Positions 1-12,912 of a stretch of DNA of 64,000 bases are shown here, piece after piece (positions within the stretch are counted from its first letter, which is position 1; every line of letters begins with the position of its first letter). The notes under the pieces were generated by a model. The model had not been told where the DNA came from. It did not search any database and was given only the letters and a program-made list of their open reading frames with translations. The stretch lies in the NCBI GenBank assembly GCA_965644315.1, contig CBFFRQ010000078.1:124001-188000 (forward strand). The letters run 5' to 3'. The translations under genes and the position numbers were made by a program. The DNA comes from Caecitellus pseudoparvulus (taxonomy: Eukaryota; Protista; Bigyra: Bicosoecida).

Positions 1-3000
1 GGCCGCCTCGCGTGCCCAGCCCGCCGCCACACCCGCTGACACACCGACACCGGGGGGAGGGGATGGAGGTGGTGCAGTGGACCCCCCTGACACCCCCCTG
101 GGGTCTGACCGAGGGTCGATAGGGGGGGGGGTCCTGGACACACCCGGACCCCCCTCTCTGCACAGCCAGGTGCAGGCGGCCCTGGCCGCGGGAGGGGGGG
201 CTTGCCGCCGCACTCTGCTGTCCACCACACCCGCGACCTTAGATAGCCTCAGCGCTGCCCTGAGCCAGCTGGCGGCACGGGTGGGGATGCAGGGTGCCGC
301 CGCCACCGCCGCGGAGGAGGAGGGGGGGGGACATGCGTGTTCCGCCTTGGGTGTTCCGGGTGCCCCTGTCTGCCCCGTGTGTCAGTCTGGCGGCGGGCGC
401 CTGCTGCGCACCCCCGTGTTCGGGGGGGCTGGGGGCTCCCCCCACCCCCCCCTCACGGGCTGGGTGTGGGTACACCCCATGTGTGCTTGGGTGGGGGGGT
501 GGCACATGCGGCTCCTGCGGTGGCCCCGTGTGGAGGAGGCGGAGGAGGGGGGGGCGTCAGGGGTCCCCCCCCTGCACCCCCTCCTCCGGGATGTGGCTGT
601 GGACCGCCAGCCCGTGTTCCGACCTGGAAGGCAGAACACGGGATCCGTGGCTGAAGCACTGGAGCACTTGCCCCCCTCTCCCCAGGAACTGAACACGTAC
701 CAATTGGGCTGCCCTGACGGCACCCTGTACGCGGGAGCAGACAGCACAGCGCTCGTGATCAGTGCCCCCCCTAACACCCCTGCCTGGGTGCACACGCGCG
801 ACCCCAGCTCGGGCATTCCTGAGTGGGGCATCCCCCCCCTGTCACCCCACCTCGTCGCAGCCTTGTGGCGGCTGCATCACCCCGCCCCCCACAGCGCTGC
901 GTTGCAGTGGCTGATCCGAGACTGGTACAGACACAGCCCTGGGGTGGGGCTGGCCTTCAGCGGAAGGTTTATCCGCACCGCTGGACCTGGGGGGCACCTC
1001 CCCTGGTCCGGGGTGGATACGTCCCCTGGCGCCGTGCCACCAACCAGGGGTGCAGGGGGGGGAGGGATGACCCCTGCGCCCACGACATCGGCAGGGGGTG
1101 CGGCACCCCCCCCTGCACCCCCCTCCGCCCTGCACGCACCCCCCTCCTCCTCGGCAGAGGCCCGCCCAATGGCTGCCAGTGTTGCCAGTGATGCCGCCAC
1201 CCTGGCGTCGGGGAGGGACATGCCCCCCCCCTCCGCCCCCCCCTCATCCACCACCAGTGGCGGGCCGGCGAGGTCCGGACCGGCACCCCCCGCTCCCCTC
1301 CGCGTCCCAGCCTCGGGCAGTGGGGCCACCTCCCCGCCAACCCCTGGCCTGGCCCTGCCCGAGACGGCGTCCCTGCTCGTGGAGCGTTTCAGCCTTGCTG
1401 CGTTGATGCAGCTGATCGCGGCGCTGGGCCCCGTGCGGCCCAAGGCCGGCCGAGCCGCCCAGCGCCGCGCCATCCCTGCCAGGGCGCTGAACCTGCCTCG
1501 AGACCTGTGTGAAAGCGGGCTGATGTACTCGCCGCCGGTCTGTGCGGTGTGCTGCGACGTCGGCGTGCCGGCCACGCTCAGCTGCGCCTGCTGCGGAATT
1601 AGCGTGCACGCGCACTGCGTGGGGCTGGGCGACGCCCCCTTCCCCGACCTGCACGCCATCACCAGCTCCACGTCCCAAGCGGGCCGTGCGAAATACGCAG
1701 ACCCCATCCTCAGCGACGCCCAGGGCAAACGCAGCAACGCAGCGGCTGCCGCGTGCTTCTCAAAATCCGCTGGCGCCCACGGGCTGCCGGCACTGGCACA
1801 CGCCCTGCGAGGGGTCATGCTGGCCACGCCGGCCTCCAAACAACAAACCCTCTCCTCTGAGCAAGTGGCGGCTTCCGCAGAGCTGCTGCAGCGGTACGGG
1901 CGGTCGGCTGCTGCGACGGTGGCGGGTGCGACGCCGTTGTCGCACGGTGCGCTGGCGGCGCTGGTGGGGCGATCTCGGGTCGTGAGGAGCAGCTCCAAGG
2001 GCGCCGCCAAGGGCTGGGACGCGTGGCTGTGTGCGGCGCATGGCGTGGCGGGGGGGGGCGGCGGCATCCCCCTGAACCCCCCCTCCAGCCTCTTGCCACC
2101 CCCCCCCAAGCCCACCCCCAAGGGCAAGCGGGGGGGGGGGCGCCCCCGTGCCTCAGACACTGGCGGCATGCCAGCCTTTGTGCCCAGCGGCAGCCTGCTG
2201 GGGCAGCTGCGGGATGACGTGGAGCTGGGGCCGTACGCGGACCGGGGCGTGGCGCTTGCCAAGCATTTGCTCCGACCCAGCAAACCCTCCGCTCTGCAAG
2301 ACCCCGGCTTCAGCGACCTGGAGTGGTATGCCCCTCCAGGGTGCATGGGACCCCCCTCCGGGTTCACCCCGAGGGGGGGTCAGGCCACCGGCACCCCCGC
2401 ACGGGGGACACCCTACCGCGTGGTGAGCATGCGGGAGGGGGGGTCCACGGCCCTCGCGGGGGGGGGGTCCCACGTCCCCGAGGACGATGGTGTCCCCCCC
2501 CTGCCCACCCCCATGCCCCTGACGCCCCCCTCCCTCGTCCCCGCCAACCTCGCCCTGCCCCCTGGGCAGTTCATCTGTGGCCGCTGCGTTTGGCTCATGC
2601 GTTGCGCCAGTGCTGCGTTGTGCGAGCCGGGCGCGCTGCACACGCACGAGACACTTGCCCAGCACTTGCGCGCAGCGGTGGAAGCCGGCAGCGCAGTGGT
2701 CAAGCAGGAGGGGGCCGGGTCCGGGGGGGATGCCGCCGCCCCCCTCCGTGCCGCCTTCTCCGCCGCGCGCCGGCGTCCGCCCACCCCCGCATCCACCCGC
2801 ACCGCCGCTCGCCTGACGCACACCCTGTCCAGCGCTGTGGCACAGGCGTGCCTCGCAGTTCCCCTGGTGGCGCCCCGCCCCGACGGCCCTGCTGCTGCGC
2901 TGGGGCTGGCAAGTGTTCCGGTGTTCTTGCTTGCCTTGCACCCCCTCCTGCCGGAGCTGCGCATCCAACACAAGGCGCACTCACACATGCACCGCGTGCA

Positions 3001-5474
3001 ACGCGTGTGGCTGCCCACCCAGATTCGCACCTGGTCGCAGCGACTGGGCTCGGGCCTTGCGACGTGGGCGGGTCGGCAGGTGGGGGAGTTGTTGGCGTTG
3101 CTGGGGGGCCTGGACCCCATGTGCACTGTGTGTGCCATGCGGGGGGGGTGCATGAAGCGGGCGGGGCACACGCCGCCGCAGAGCGCGGTGGAGGGCGTAT
3201 TACGCACCACGCGCAAGTGGCTCGCAAACGAAGTGGCCCTGGCGTCAGCGCCCGGTCCCCCCGACATCCCCCCTCCCGGCTCCGTCATGCCCCCCCAAGA
3301 GGTGGGCTACCCCAACCCAGGAGGGGCGGACCTGACCCCCCTCATCCAGGCGCTGGGGCTGCCGTGGAGTGTTCCGGCTTCGGCCTTGGCCGTCGTGCGG
3401 CAGGGACTCGGAACAGGGGACCCCAACCCCCCCCCCAGCCGCCTCGCCGTCAGTCTGCCCCGTTTGCGGGGCTTCACGTGCCTGGCCGAGGGGGGTGCAG
3501 GGGGGGGTGCACCCCCCCTCATCTCCAAGCGCGCCCTGCTCACCCTGGTCACTGGCGCCCTGGCCGCAGGGCGCTGCTGGTGCCACGGTTTCTGCGCCCT
3601 GACTCACTCGGGCGTGTTCTTCGAGTCACCCGCCCGCCAGTCAGGCATCCGCCTGTCCGCCCTCAAGAGCATGCGGTTCGCCAACTCCTGCATGCTGTCC
3701 GGGACACCGGCGCCACTGGGCGCGGCGGTGGACTGTGCCACGGGAGCTCGCCAGTCCGCCTTCGCTATGGTGGCCATGCTGAGCGGCGCGTATTTCGCGT
3801 GGCAGGGCGGCGAGGACTCTGTGACCAAGTTCACGCTGTACATGCCGGGGTCGGAGCCGGGACATGTGGCGCGGAATTTGGTCCACGGTGGCTACGTATT
3901 ACGCTCTGACCCCGACAAGTTCCCCCCCGCTCTGGACCTCCTGCAAGCCCTGCGCAAATCACTCTACGCGGGACTCGACCTGACTCACGCGATCTTAGCT
4001 CGCGAGATGCGCAAACGCGACGCCATCCAAGGCCGTGCCGAGACCTTCCTGCGCCTTCGCGCCGAGGGGGGTGAGGGGGGGGCACAGGACACCCTGGCCT
4101 CCCTGCGCGTGCGCCTGCCCGGTTTGCGTGCGTCAGACCTGGGACTGTCGGCACGGGGGGGCAGCGCAGCGGAGGAGGAGGCAGAGACGGGGGACGGTGC
4201 GGAGGATGGGCCCACCCCCTCCCGCAAGCGCCGGCGCTCGGTGGCGGAGTCTGAGGCTAGTGACTCCTGGTTCACCATCCGGGGCGGGGGTGGGGGCGGC
4301 GGGCCGACCCCTGCCATCATCGCCGCATCAGCACGTGAAACGCAGCAGGAGGTCCGACTCGCAGCGGTGCGACTCATCATCGCCTCGGGCGGCACGCTGC
4401 CCACCCTGGCACAGCACTGGGGCGGTGCCCCCCCCAACACGCCCCTCCTGCTGCCAGATGGCACCCCCTTCGAGTTCGCGGTGGGCCCCCCCACCACCCC
4501 CTCATCCACCCCCACCCCCAGCAAGGCCAAGGGGGGGGCAAGGGGGCTCCTCCAGGGCGTCATCTGCCCCCAAGTCCGGCAGGGGGCGAGGGGGGGGCAA
4601 GGCGGGCAAGGCGAGGGGGGGTGGCAAGGCGGGCAAGCCACGACCCAAGGTCGCGCGTCCACCTCCGAAGCCCCCCGCACCCGCACCCGCACCCACCCCG
4701 GACCCCCCCTCCTCTTCGGAGGTGGTCGTGCCCATCCAGCTGCCAGTTGCGGTGGGGGGGGGTGGAGGGGCCATGCAGTTCAGCTCAGTGCCAGGGGTAC
4801 AGGGAGGGGGGGGGATGCCGCCCCCTCCCCCCGTCGCCTCCGTGTCCGCCCCACCCCGGCCATACGCCACGCAGCCCCCCCATGTCCCGCCCCCCCCCAC
4901 ACCCGTGCCGGTGTCCGGGGGAGGGGGACACGGGCGCCCTCCGCCTGAATGGGAGTATGCCAGTGGAGGGAGTGATAGGGGGGGGCAGGTGGGCATGTAC
5001 ATGGCCCCCCCTCACCCCCACCCCGAGGCGGCGGCAGGGGGGGGGGCAGACTGGTACGGTGTGGGGGGCGGCGGCCACCCCATCCCCCTGCCGCACAGCC
5101 AGGGGTATGCTGGCAGCGCAGGCGCGTATTACGCGACGACAGGCGCCAGCCAGGGCTTCATGCCCCAGCAGCACCACCCCCACCCCCAGCAGCAGCAGCA
5201 GCAGCAGCAGGCCTTCGCTCACCAGCGCATGTATGCAGGGGGGGGTGGCAGCGCGCCACCACACCAGCACCAGCACCACCCCCAGCACCAGCACCAGCAC
5301 CAGCACCAGCACCAGCACCAGCACCAACACCAGCACCAGCACCAGCACCAGCACCATCCCCAGCCCCTCCAGCAGGGCATGTATGGCGCCACCCCGCCCC
5401 AGCCCGATGCCGGTACATATGGGGGGGGGTGGCAACCCCAGGGAGGGGGGCACGGGTGGGGCGGCGGCCAGTGA
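1..5474 (+). CDS. 5'-partial PHD/Zn-knuckle/PHD (PZP) chromatin protein, BRPF/JADE/Nto1-like, with a low-complexity Pro/Gly/His-Gln C-terminus; apparent frameshift near 4520-4536
   Basis: The frame is open from position 2. Motifs: CPVC..GG..WVHPMC; PHD CAVC..CACCGISVHAHC...FICGRC; Zn knuckle CTVCAMRGGCMKR...WCHGFCAL; an EPC/BRPF-type helix LQALRKSLYAGLDLTHAILAREMRKRD. Protein-like sequence continues in ORF 4035..5474 after the G runs at 4521-4536. Confidence 0.7.
5187..5356 (+). repeat. Coding microsatellites: (CAG)n poly-Gln followed by (CACCAG)n His-Gln
   Basis: Tandem CAG and CACCAG units are directly visible; translation QQQQQQQQ ... HQHQHQHQHQ. Confidence 0.9.
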
Positions 5475-5556
5475 CGTCACTGCTACCGCCTTCGGCAATG
5501 CAACGTTTGAATTCCAGAGGCAAGGTGGGGTGAGGAGGGGTGTGTGACCCCCCCCC

Positions 5557-6526
5557 TCACACCCCTGACAGCACCGCCACGAAGAGCCCTGCCAGCACCA
5601 GCACCAGCACCGCGATGGTGGCCAGTTGGCAGTTGTTCTTGGTTTTCAGCAGTTTGTGGATGCCTGCCAGGTTAGAGTCCATCTTGCCCTGCACCTCATC
5701 CATCTCATCCTCCGCATCCTCCAGCATGCGCGCTTGCTCCGTCAGCTCCGTGTCGATGTTGCGCGCCATCTCGCCCAGGCGCGACAGGGAGTCATCGATC
5801 TCACCCAGGTGCTGGTCCTGCACCGCCTCCTGCTCCCGCCGGATCTGCTGCTGCGCCTGGAACGTCTGCGCGTGCGCCGCGTCGTACCGGTTGGCGGCCT
5901 TCACGTCACGGTCAGCGGCGGCGCGAGAGGCCAGGGAGGCGCGTTCGTCCGCCTCCTGCTTGCCCTTGGCGGTGGAGCTGTACAGCTCGCTGCGGATGCC
6001 AGCGACGTCCTTCTCGCTGCGCGCCACGAAGGCCTTGCGAGAGGCCAGCTCTGCGTCGTCGATGTGGCGGAAGTTGCCACGCGCACTGGACACCTGCTCC
6101 ACAGTGGCCTTCACCATGGTCAGGGCCTCCTCCACGGCTTGCAGTTGCTGCTTGAGCTCTGGGCAGTGGGATGGGGGCGTAGGGCTGTGCCGTGCGGCGG
6201 GCTGGCCAGGCACCCTGCCCATGCGGCGCTGGGAAACCCTCCTGAAACGCCAGGCACACTCGCGCCGGCGCCGCCCACGCACCTGTGTCGGCCTTCCTGA
6301 ACTCCATGCTCTCAGCAGTGTTGGTGGCATGCAGCAGGGCCTTCCATTTGTCCAGCTGGATCTTGGTCTTGGATACGTCCCTGGACACGGTGCTGTGGCA
6401 GGCAGCAGGCGGGGTGAGCGGCACTGCACCTGCACGTGAGCCAGCGCACTGCACGCACTCCTTGAACAGGTAGAAGGGGTCGTCTGTCGCCGACATGAGC
6501 GGCGTGGACAGCTTTTCAGCAGACAT
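5557..6526 (-). CDS. STX6: Syntaxin-6/Tlg1/SYP61-type Qc-SNARE, 2 introns
   Basis: Spliced: DDPFYLFK|DTVSRDV...FRHIDDAELASRKAFV (syntaxin-6 N domain), SNARE coil QDQHLGEIDDSLSRL...ELTEQARML, C-terminal TM IAVLVLVLAGLFVAVL. The start could be 6526 or 6496. Confidence 0.85.
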
Positions 6527-6882
6527 CCGGCTGATGTCTCAGCCTCACTCCCCAGCGCGCCTGCCCTGGGGTGTCTGGCCTGCTCTGGCGCTGCCGGGCG
6601 GCGTTGGCTGCTTTCCAGTCACTGGTGGGCGCTGAGCGCACACCGCAGCGCACAGGTTCGAAAACTGCACGGCACCTACATGACAAGTTAGGCTGTGAGT
6701 GCACGGTGGGCGTGTGAATTGGCGCTCCTGCGCGTCTGTGCCGCGTGCTGCTCCCGGCGCGCGTGGGGCCACACACCCCCCTCGGCCCACACAAGGGCCT
6801 CCACACAGTGCCCATCACCGGACGCCGTGCTCCCACGAGCCCCTTCCGCGCCACTGGCCCCTCCTTCCCTTGACGGGTCCAC

Positions 6883-8743
<1,861 letters not shown>

Positions 8744-8855
8744 TCACCCCCCACGCCATTCGGCAGACATGCATTGCAGCATTTTCAGCAGCAGGTTTCC
8801 CCGTGCCATGCATCCCACAAGACCAGCAGGCTGACACTCGCCACAACAGGCCCGA

Positions 8856-10129
8856 TCACGGACTGTCCAGGTCCTGTGACGCAGCCGATGCAGCTGCCAT
8901 GCTGGGCGTGGCAGAGGACCGCCCGCCAAGCTCCATCTCGTCGTTCAGCGCACACGCCAGCACGCCCTTGTGGTGCCCTTGGTAGGCGTGCACGGCCTCC
9001 CCCGACGCCAGCTCCCACAGGCGAGCGGTCTTGTCTGACGAGGCCGTGACGAGGTACTGGCTGTCCGCTGAGAAGCGGCAGTCCCACACCCACTGCGTGT
9101 GACCCGTAAGGGTCGCCAGCGGTGAAAAGTCATGCGCTGCGTCCCACACCTTCACAGTCTTGTCGGCGGCACACGTGGCGAGGTACTTGGCGTCTGGTGA
9201 CAGCTGTGTGCGCAGAATGTACGAACGGTGCGCCTGCAGTTGCCGCAGGGGGGTGTAGTCCGCAGAGCTGCTGGGCGGGGCCCACAAGTACACCGTGCCA
9301 CTGCTGGTTGCCGCAGCCAGCACCGTGTTGTCCTGTGCAATGCTGATGGACTGCACAGGCACATCTGCCTCGGGCTGGAAGGCGGTGGACATAGTGGCGG
9401 TGGCGAGGTCCCACACCGCCACATTGCCCCTCGAGTCACCTGCAATGATTTCCCCCTGGTTGGGGTGCAGCACGGCGGAGTTCACTGGGCCTGGATGTGT
9501 GAAGTCGCGCTGGAAGTTCTTGGCGCTGCAGGGGAGGGGGTGAGCAGGGATGGGAGTGAGGGTGTGCGCGCCAGCAAGCGCGGCGGCTCGCGGCCGACCC
9601 ACCGAATGTCCCACACCTTCACCGTGCCGTCCTCGCTGCCTGAGAACATCCACTTGCCGTCGCGGTGGAATCCCACTGCAGTGATGTTGTTCTTGTGCCC
9701 TTCAAACTTAGCCAGCTGGAGCGCCGGAGGGGGGAGCAAGCGTGCTGTGCAGCCAGGCAGCAGCCCACGCCCCGCACTACGCACTGGCTCCGTTGACTGC
9801 GAGGCCAAGTCAAACAGCTTGATGTGGTTGAAACCCGCCACAGCTAGGTTTGTCGATCCTGGCATGAACTCCAGCGCGTTCACTTGCTGCGGCGCGCCGG
9901 GGGGGCCAGGCGGGGTGCTCGCGTTGCACCCGCGTTTCACTCGCAACCCCTCACTTTGTCCACGCCCTGCTCTTTGTACTGGATGGTGTGCCAGCTCTGC
10001 CCGGTGGCTGGATCCCATAGTCGAATGGTTTGATCCGTGCCTGTGAAATAAAGGGCATGCCTGTGCCTCGTCGCCGCTCCAAGGGCACGCCTGCGCTGGC
10101 TCACCAGCAGTGGCGAGCGTGCCCACCAT
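8856..10129 (-). CDS. LST8: TOR complex subunit LST8 (WD40), about 4 introns
   Basis: Spliced: LATAG-TDQTIRLWD..TIQY; QVNALE; FEGHKNNITAVGFHRDGKWMFSGSEDGTVKVWDIR; VLHPNQGEII; LSPDAKYLATCAADKTVKVW; GHTQWVWDCRFSADSQYLVTASSD; YQGHHKGVLACALND. Confidence 0.93.
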
Positions 10130-10517
10130 GGCTGCCTCTGCACCCCCACAAAAGCAGCAAGAAGTCGCAGATGTCAGCAGACACGCGCAAGGGGGAGTGC
10201 CTGAGAGCAGCACAGGGGCGTACCCCGCAGCAGTGTGTAAATTCCAACCTTGACCCTTCTGCCAGCGCTACACTTGGCTGCCTGGATTGTGCCAGCCTGT
10301 CTGCAGTGCAGGTGAGCGGAGCAGCACGCGAGACTGGTGCACGAGGAAGGGGGGAGGGAAGGGGGGGTGCATGGCACTTCCCAGCGTATTCGCAAGCGGC
10401 AGGCAGCCTGGCGAAGCTCTGGAGCACTGCATTCAAACTGCCCACCACTGCTCGGCTGCCTATCGCGCAGGCCAGGGGCGACACAGCGCACTGCCACCAC
10501 ACTGCACAGTACAGTCA

Positions 10518-11468
10518 CTATTCAGCAGCGCCGCCGGCTTCCTTCGGCTCAGCCGTCTCGCTGGCGGCAGACACCTTGACGTACTCCAGAATGGGCTCCG
10601 AGTCGTCTGTCTTTTCTGAGATTGTGCAGGGGACGTCTAGAACGCGGAAGAACACCTGCGTGAGCGCCGAGTAGCTCTGTGAAGTGCGGGGCGCAGGTGC
10701 AGTGCACTGCTGCAACGCACCAATTTGAACAGCTTGGACACGTTGATGCCGTGCGACGACGAGACGAAGGCGAGGGGCGCCTTCATGGCCTTGGAGAACT
10801 TGCGGGCCTTCTTGATCATCTTGGCCTTGTGGGTGTCGTCGGAAGACTCGTAGAACTCGTCAAACTTGGTGCCGACGAGAAACGGCAGGCACGTCTGGTT
10901 CAGCGCGCGCACCTGGCGGTACCACTCCCGCACAGAGTCCAGCGTGCCCTCCCTCGTCAGGTCAAAGAGGAACAACATGGCCACACTGTCCACACACACC
11001 ATGGGCAGCATGGACGTGAACTGCTTCGCGCCACCCAAGTCCCACAAACTCATGATGACTTTCGTGCCTGCGGCGTTCAGCTCCTTCTCCAGGAACTGCA
11101 CGCCAATGGTCTCGTTGTAGTCCGAGTCGAATCGCCGCTGGACGTACTTCACCATCAGGGACGTCTTGCCCACACCGCTGTCTCCCACGATGCCTGTGCA
11201 GGTGAGCGTGGCGTGGCAGTGCCTGCTGCGTCCTTGCTCGTCGCACACAGCAAGCTCTGGTCAACCCCTGCACACACCAACTTTCACTGCGCAGGGGGGG
11301 GAGGGCGGGCGAAAGGAGGGGTGTATGTGGTCGTCTTGAGATGCTTGCAACTCCGTGCCGGCGATGTACCCGGCACGCGGCGGTTGCGGCACCGAGCGGC
11401 CCTGCTGCCTGCGCCTCCTGAAACGCCATGCGGCACTCACGCAGAACATTGTCGCTCTCTGCTGCCAT
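10518..11468 (-). CDS. SPG1: Spg1/Tem1-family small GTPase (septation initiation / mitotic exit), 3 introns
   Basis: VKVG|IVGDSGVGKTSLMVKYV..FDSDYNETIGVQFLEK; SLWDLGGAKQFTSMLPMVC; LFLFDLTR; VGTKFD; MKAPLAFVSSSHGINVSKLFK; C-terminal EPILEY typical of Spg1. Confidence 0.9.
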
Positions 11469-11802
11469 GGCGCCGAAAATCTGCCGCACCAGCGAGTTCG
11501 GTTTTGATTTCAGAAGGCGTGACCACACACTTCAATCCCCGTCACCGCGTGGCTCGGCACAGATCCTGAGCCTGGCGCTGCCGACGGCAGGTGTGAAACC
11601 CCGCTGCCGCTGGCCCGCTCTCACGCAGCAACCCGATAAACCACGCTGGTTCTGAACGTCCCAGCGCCCTGCACAGTGTTCATTGCAACTGGATCTGTTG
11701 TATGTTTGTCGCGCAGGTCGTTTGTGCGCTGCCATGCACTGCACCGCCGGCCTCGCAGTTGTCGGTGTAGCCAGTCCCGTACTGGCCCCGAGCTGCATTG
11801 CT

Positions 11803-12687
11803 TCACCGCCCACCACCACCACCTCCGCCGCCACCACCGCCGCCATTTCCACCTCCCTGGCCTTCATCTCCACCACCGCCTGACAGCATCATGACGGCGA
11901 CCCCGATCATGATGTACATGCCGTACTTGGACCAGAAGGAGGGCGGCTCCTTCTCACGGGCAGCCTCCCCCGTCCCGGCGTCCACATGTGCTGAGCCGTC
12001 CTCCCGAGCGGCGATCTTGGCCTGGCCAGGGTATGGAGCAGCGCGTGACAGCGTGTCAGCCGGTACGCCTTCGGACAGGGTGGGTGTGAACAGTACCCCC
12101 ACCACCATGCCGCTGCCACTGGGCACCTGCTGCAGCACTTCGCCAGACGTGTACACGAGGGGCGCCGTGCTGCCATCAGGCTGCACCTGCCCCGGGCTGC
12201 ACCCTGCGTATTTCGCAGGCAGGTCCGTGTCCATTGCAGCTGGGAGGGTGTGGTAGGTGGACGCCGCGTGCAGGCGCAGGCGAAAGCGGAAGGCGTTGTC
12301 CACAAGCTCGCACAGCTGCAGCGACGTGGTCAGCATGTGCCCGCTAGCGTGCCGGGCCAGGAGAGTGACGGGCGCGGTGTGGCCGGCTTCGTGCGACAGG
12401 GTGGCGGCAGCCTCTGCCACAGCATCGTCCACAGGCACCTCCAGCTTGCCCACCTTGGATGTGGAGGAAGTGACGTCGCCGGGGGAGGGAATGGAAAAAG
12501 AGCCAACGTCAAACGAGTGCCTGCCTATCCTCATCGTCAGCGCCAACTCGTCAGCCAGGGCCACGTGCAGCGTGCTGTGCAAAGTGTGGAGGCAAGCAAG
12601 TTCCGCAGGCTGTGCCGCTGCGCGTGGCCAGCCTGCACTGGGCACGCACCATGCCAGCGCCATGAAGGCAGGGAGCAGCTTCATCAT
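11803..12687 (-). CDS. EMC10: ER membrane complex subunit 10-like protein
   Basis: N-terminal signal peptide (MMKLLPAFMALAWCVPSAG), lumenal domain, then EKEPPSFWSKYGMYIMIGVAVMMLS (EMC10 SFWxKYWMYI motif + TM) and a Gly-rich tail. Confidence 0.7.
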   Translation of the reverse strand: MMKLLPAFMALAWCVPSAGWPRAAAQPAELACLHTLHSTLHVALADELALTMRIGRHSFDVGSFSIPSPGDVTSSTSKVGKLEVPVDDAVAEAAATLSHEAGHTAPVTLLARHASGHMLTTSLQLCELVDNAFRFRLRLHAASTYHTLPAAMDTDLPAKYAGCSPGQVQPDGSTAPLVYTSGEVLQQVPSGSGMVVGVLFTPTLSEGVPADTLSRAAPYPGQAKIAAREDGSAHVDAGTGEAAREKEPPSFWSKYGMYIMIGVAVMMLSGGGGDEGQGGGNGGGGGGGGGGGGR

Positions 12688-12912
12688 TGTCCTTCAGGTT
12701 GGCGAGCGCCACTTCACTTGTTGGACCCGTCAGCTTCAGCTTGCCACCAGCGGGACTAGCCAGGCACAGCAGCGAGGCGCTGATGGCAGGGAGCCCAGCG
12801 TGAGAGCGGGTGAACAGCCCTGGTAGCAGACAAGGATGCCTGCACATTGGAGCAAGCGTGATGCATTTGTCAGGCCGCGCGCTGTGCGGCGCCTGGCTGT
12901 GCGCACAGCCTC

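Noticed and set aside
5591-5611. Same CACCAG hexamer in the syntaxin TM region as in the neighbouring His-Gln tract
   Set aside because: It is only about 3 units encoding Val-Leu on the minus strand; coincidence is sufficient.
6650-6670. GGTTCGAA resembling a tRNA T-loop/B-box (also ATTCGACCC near 21488)
   Set aside because: No T-stem pairing or cloverleaf can be built.
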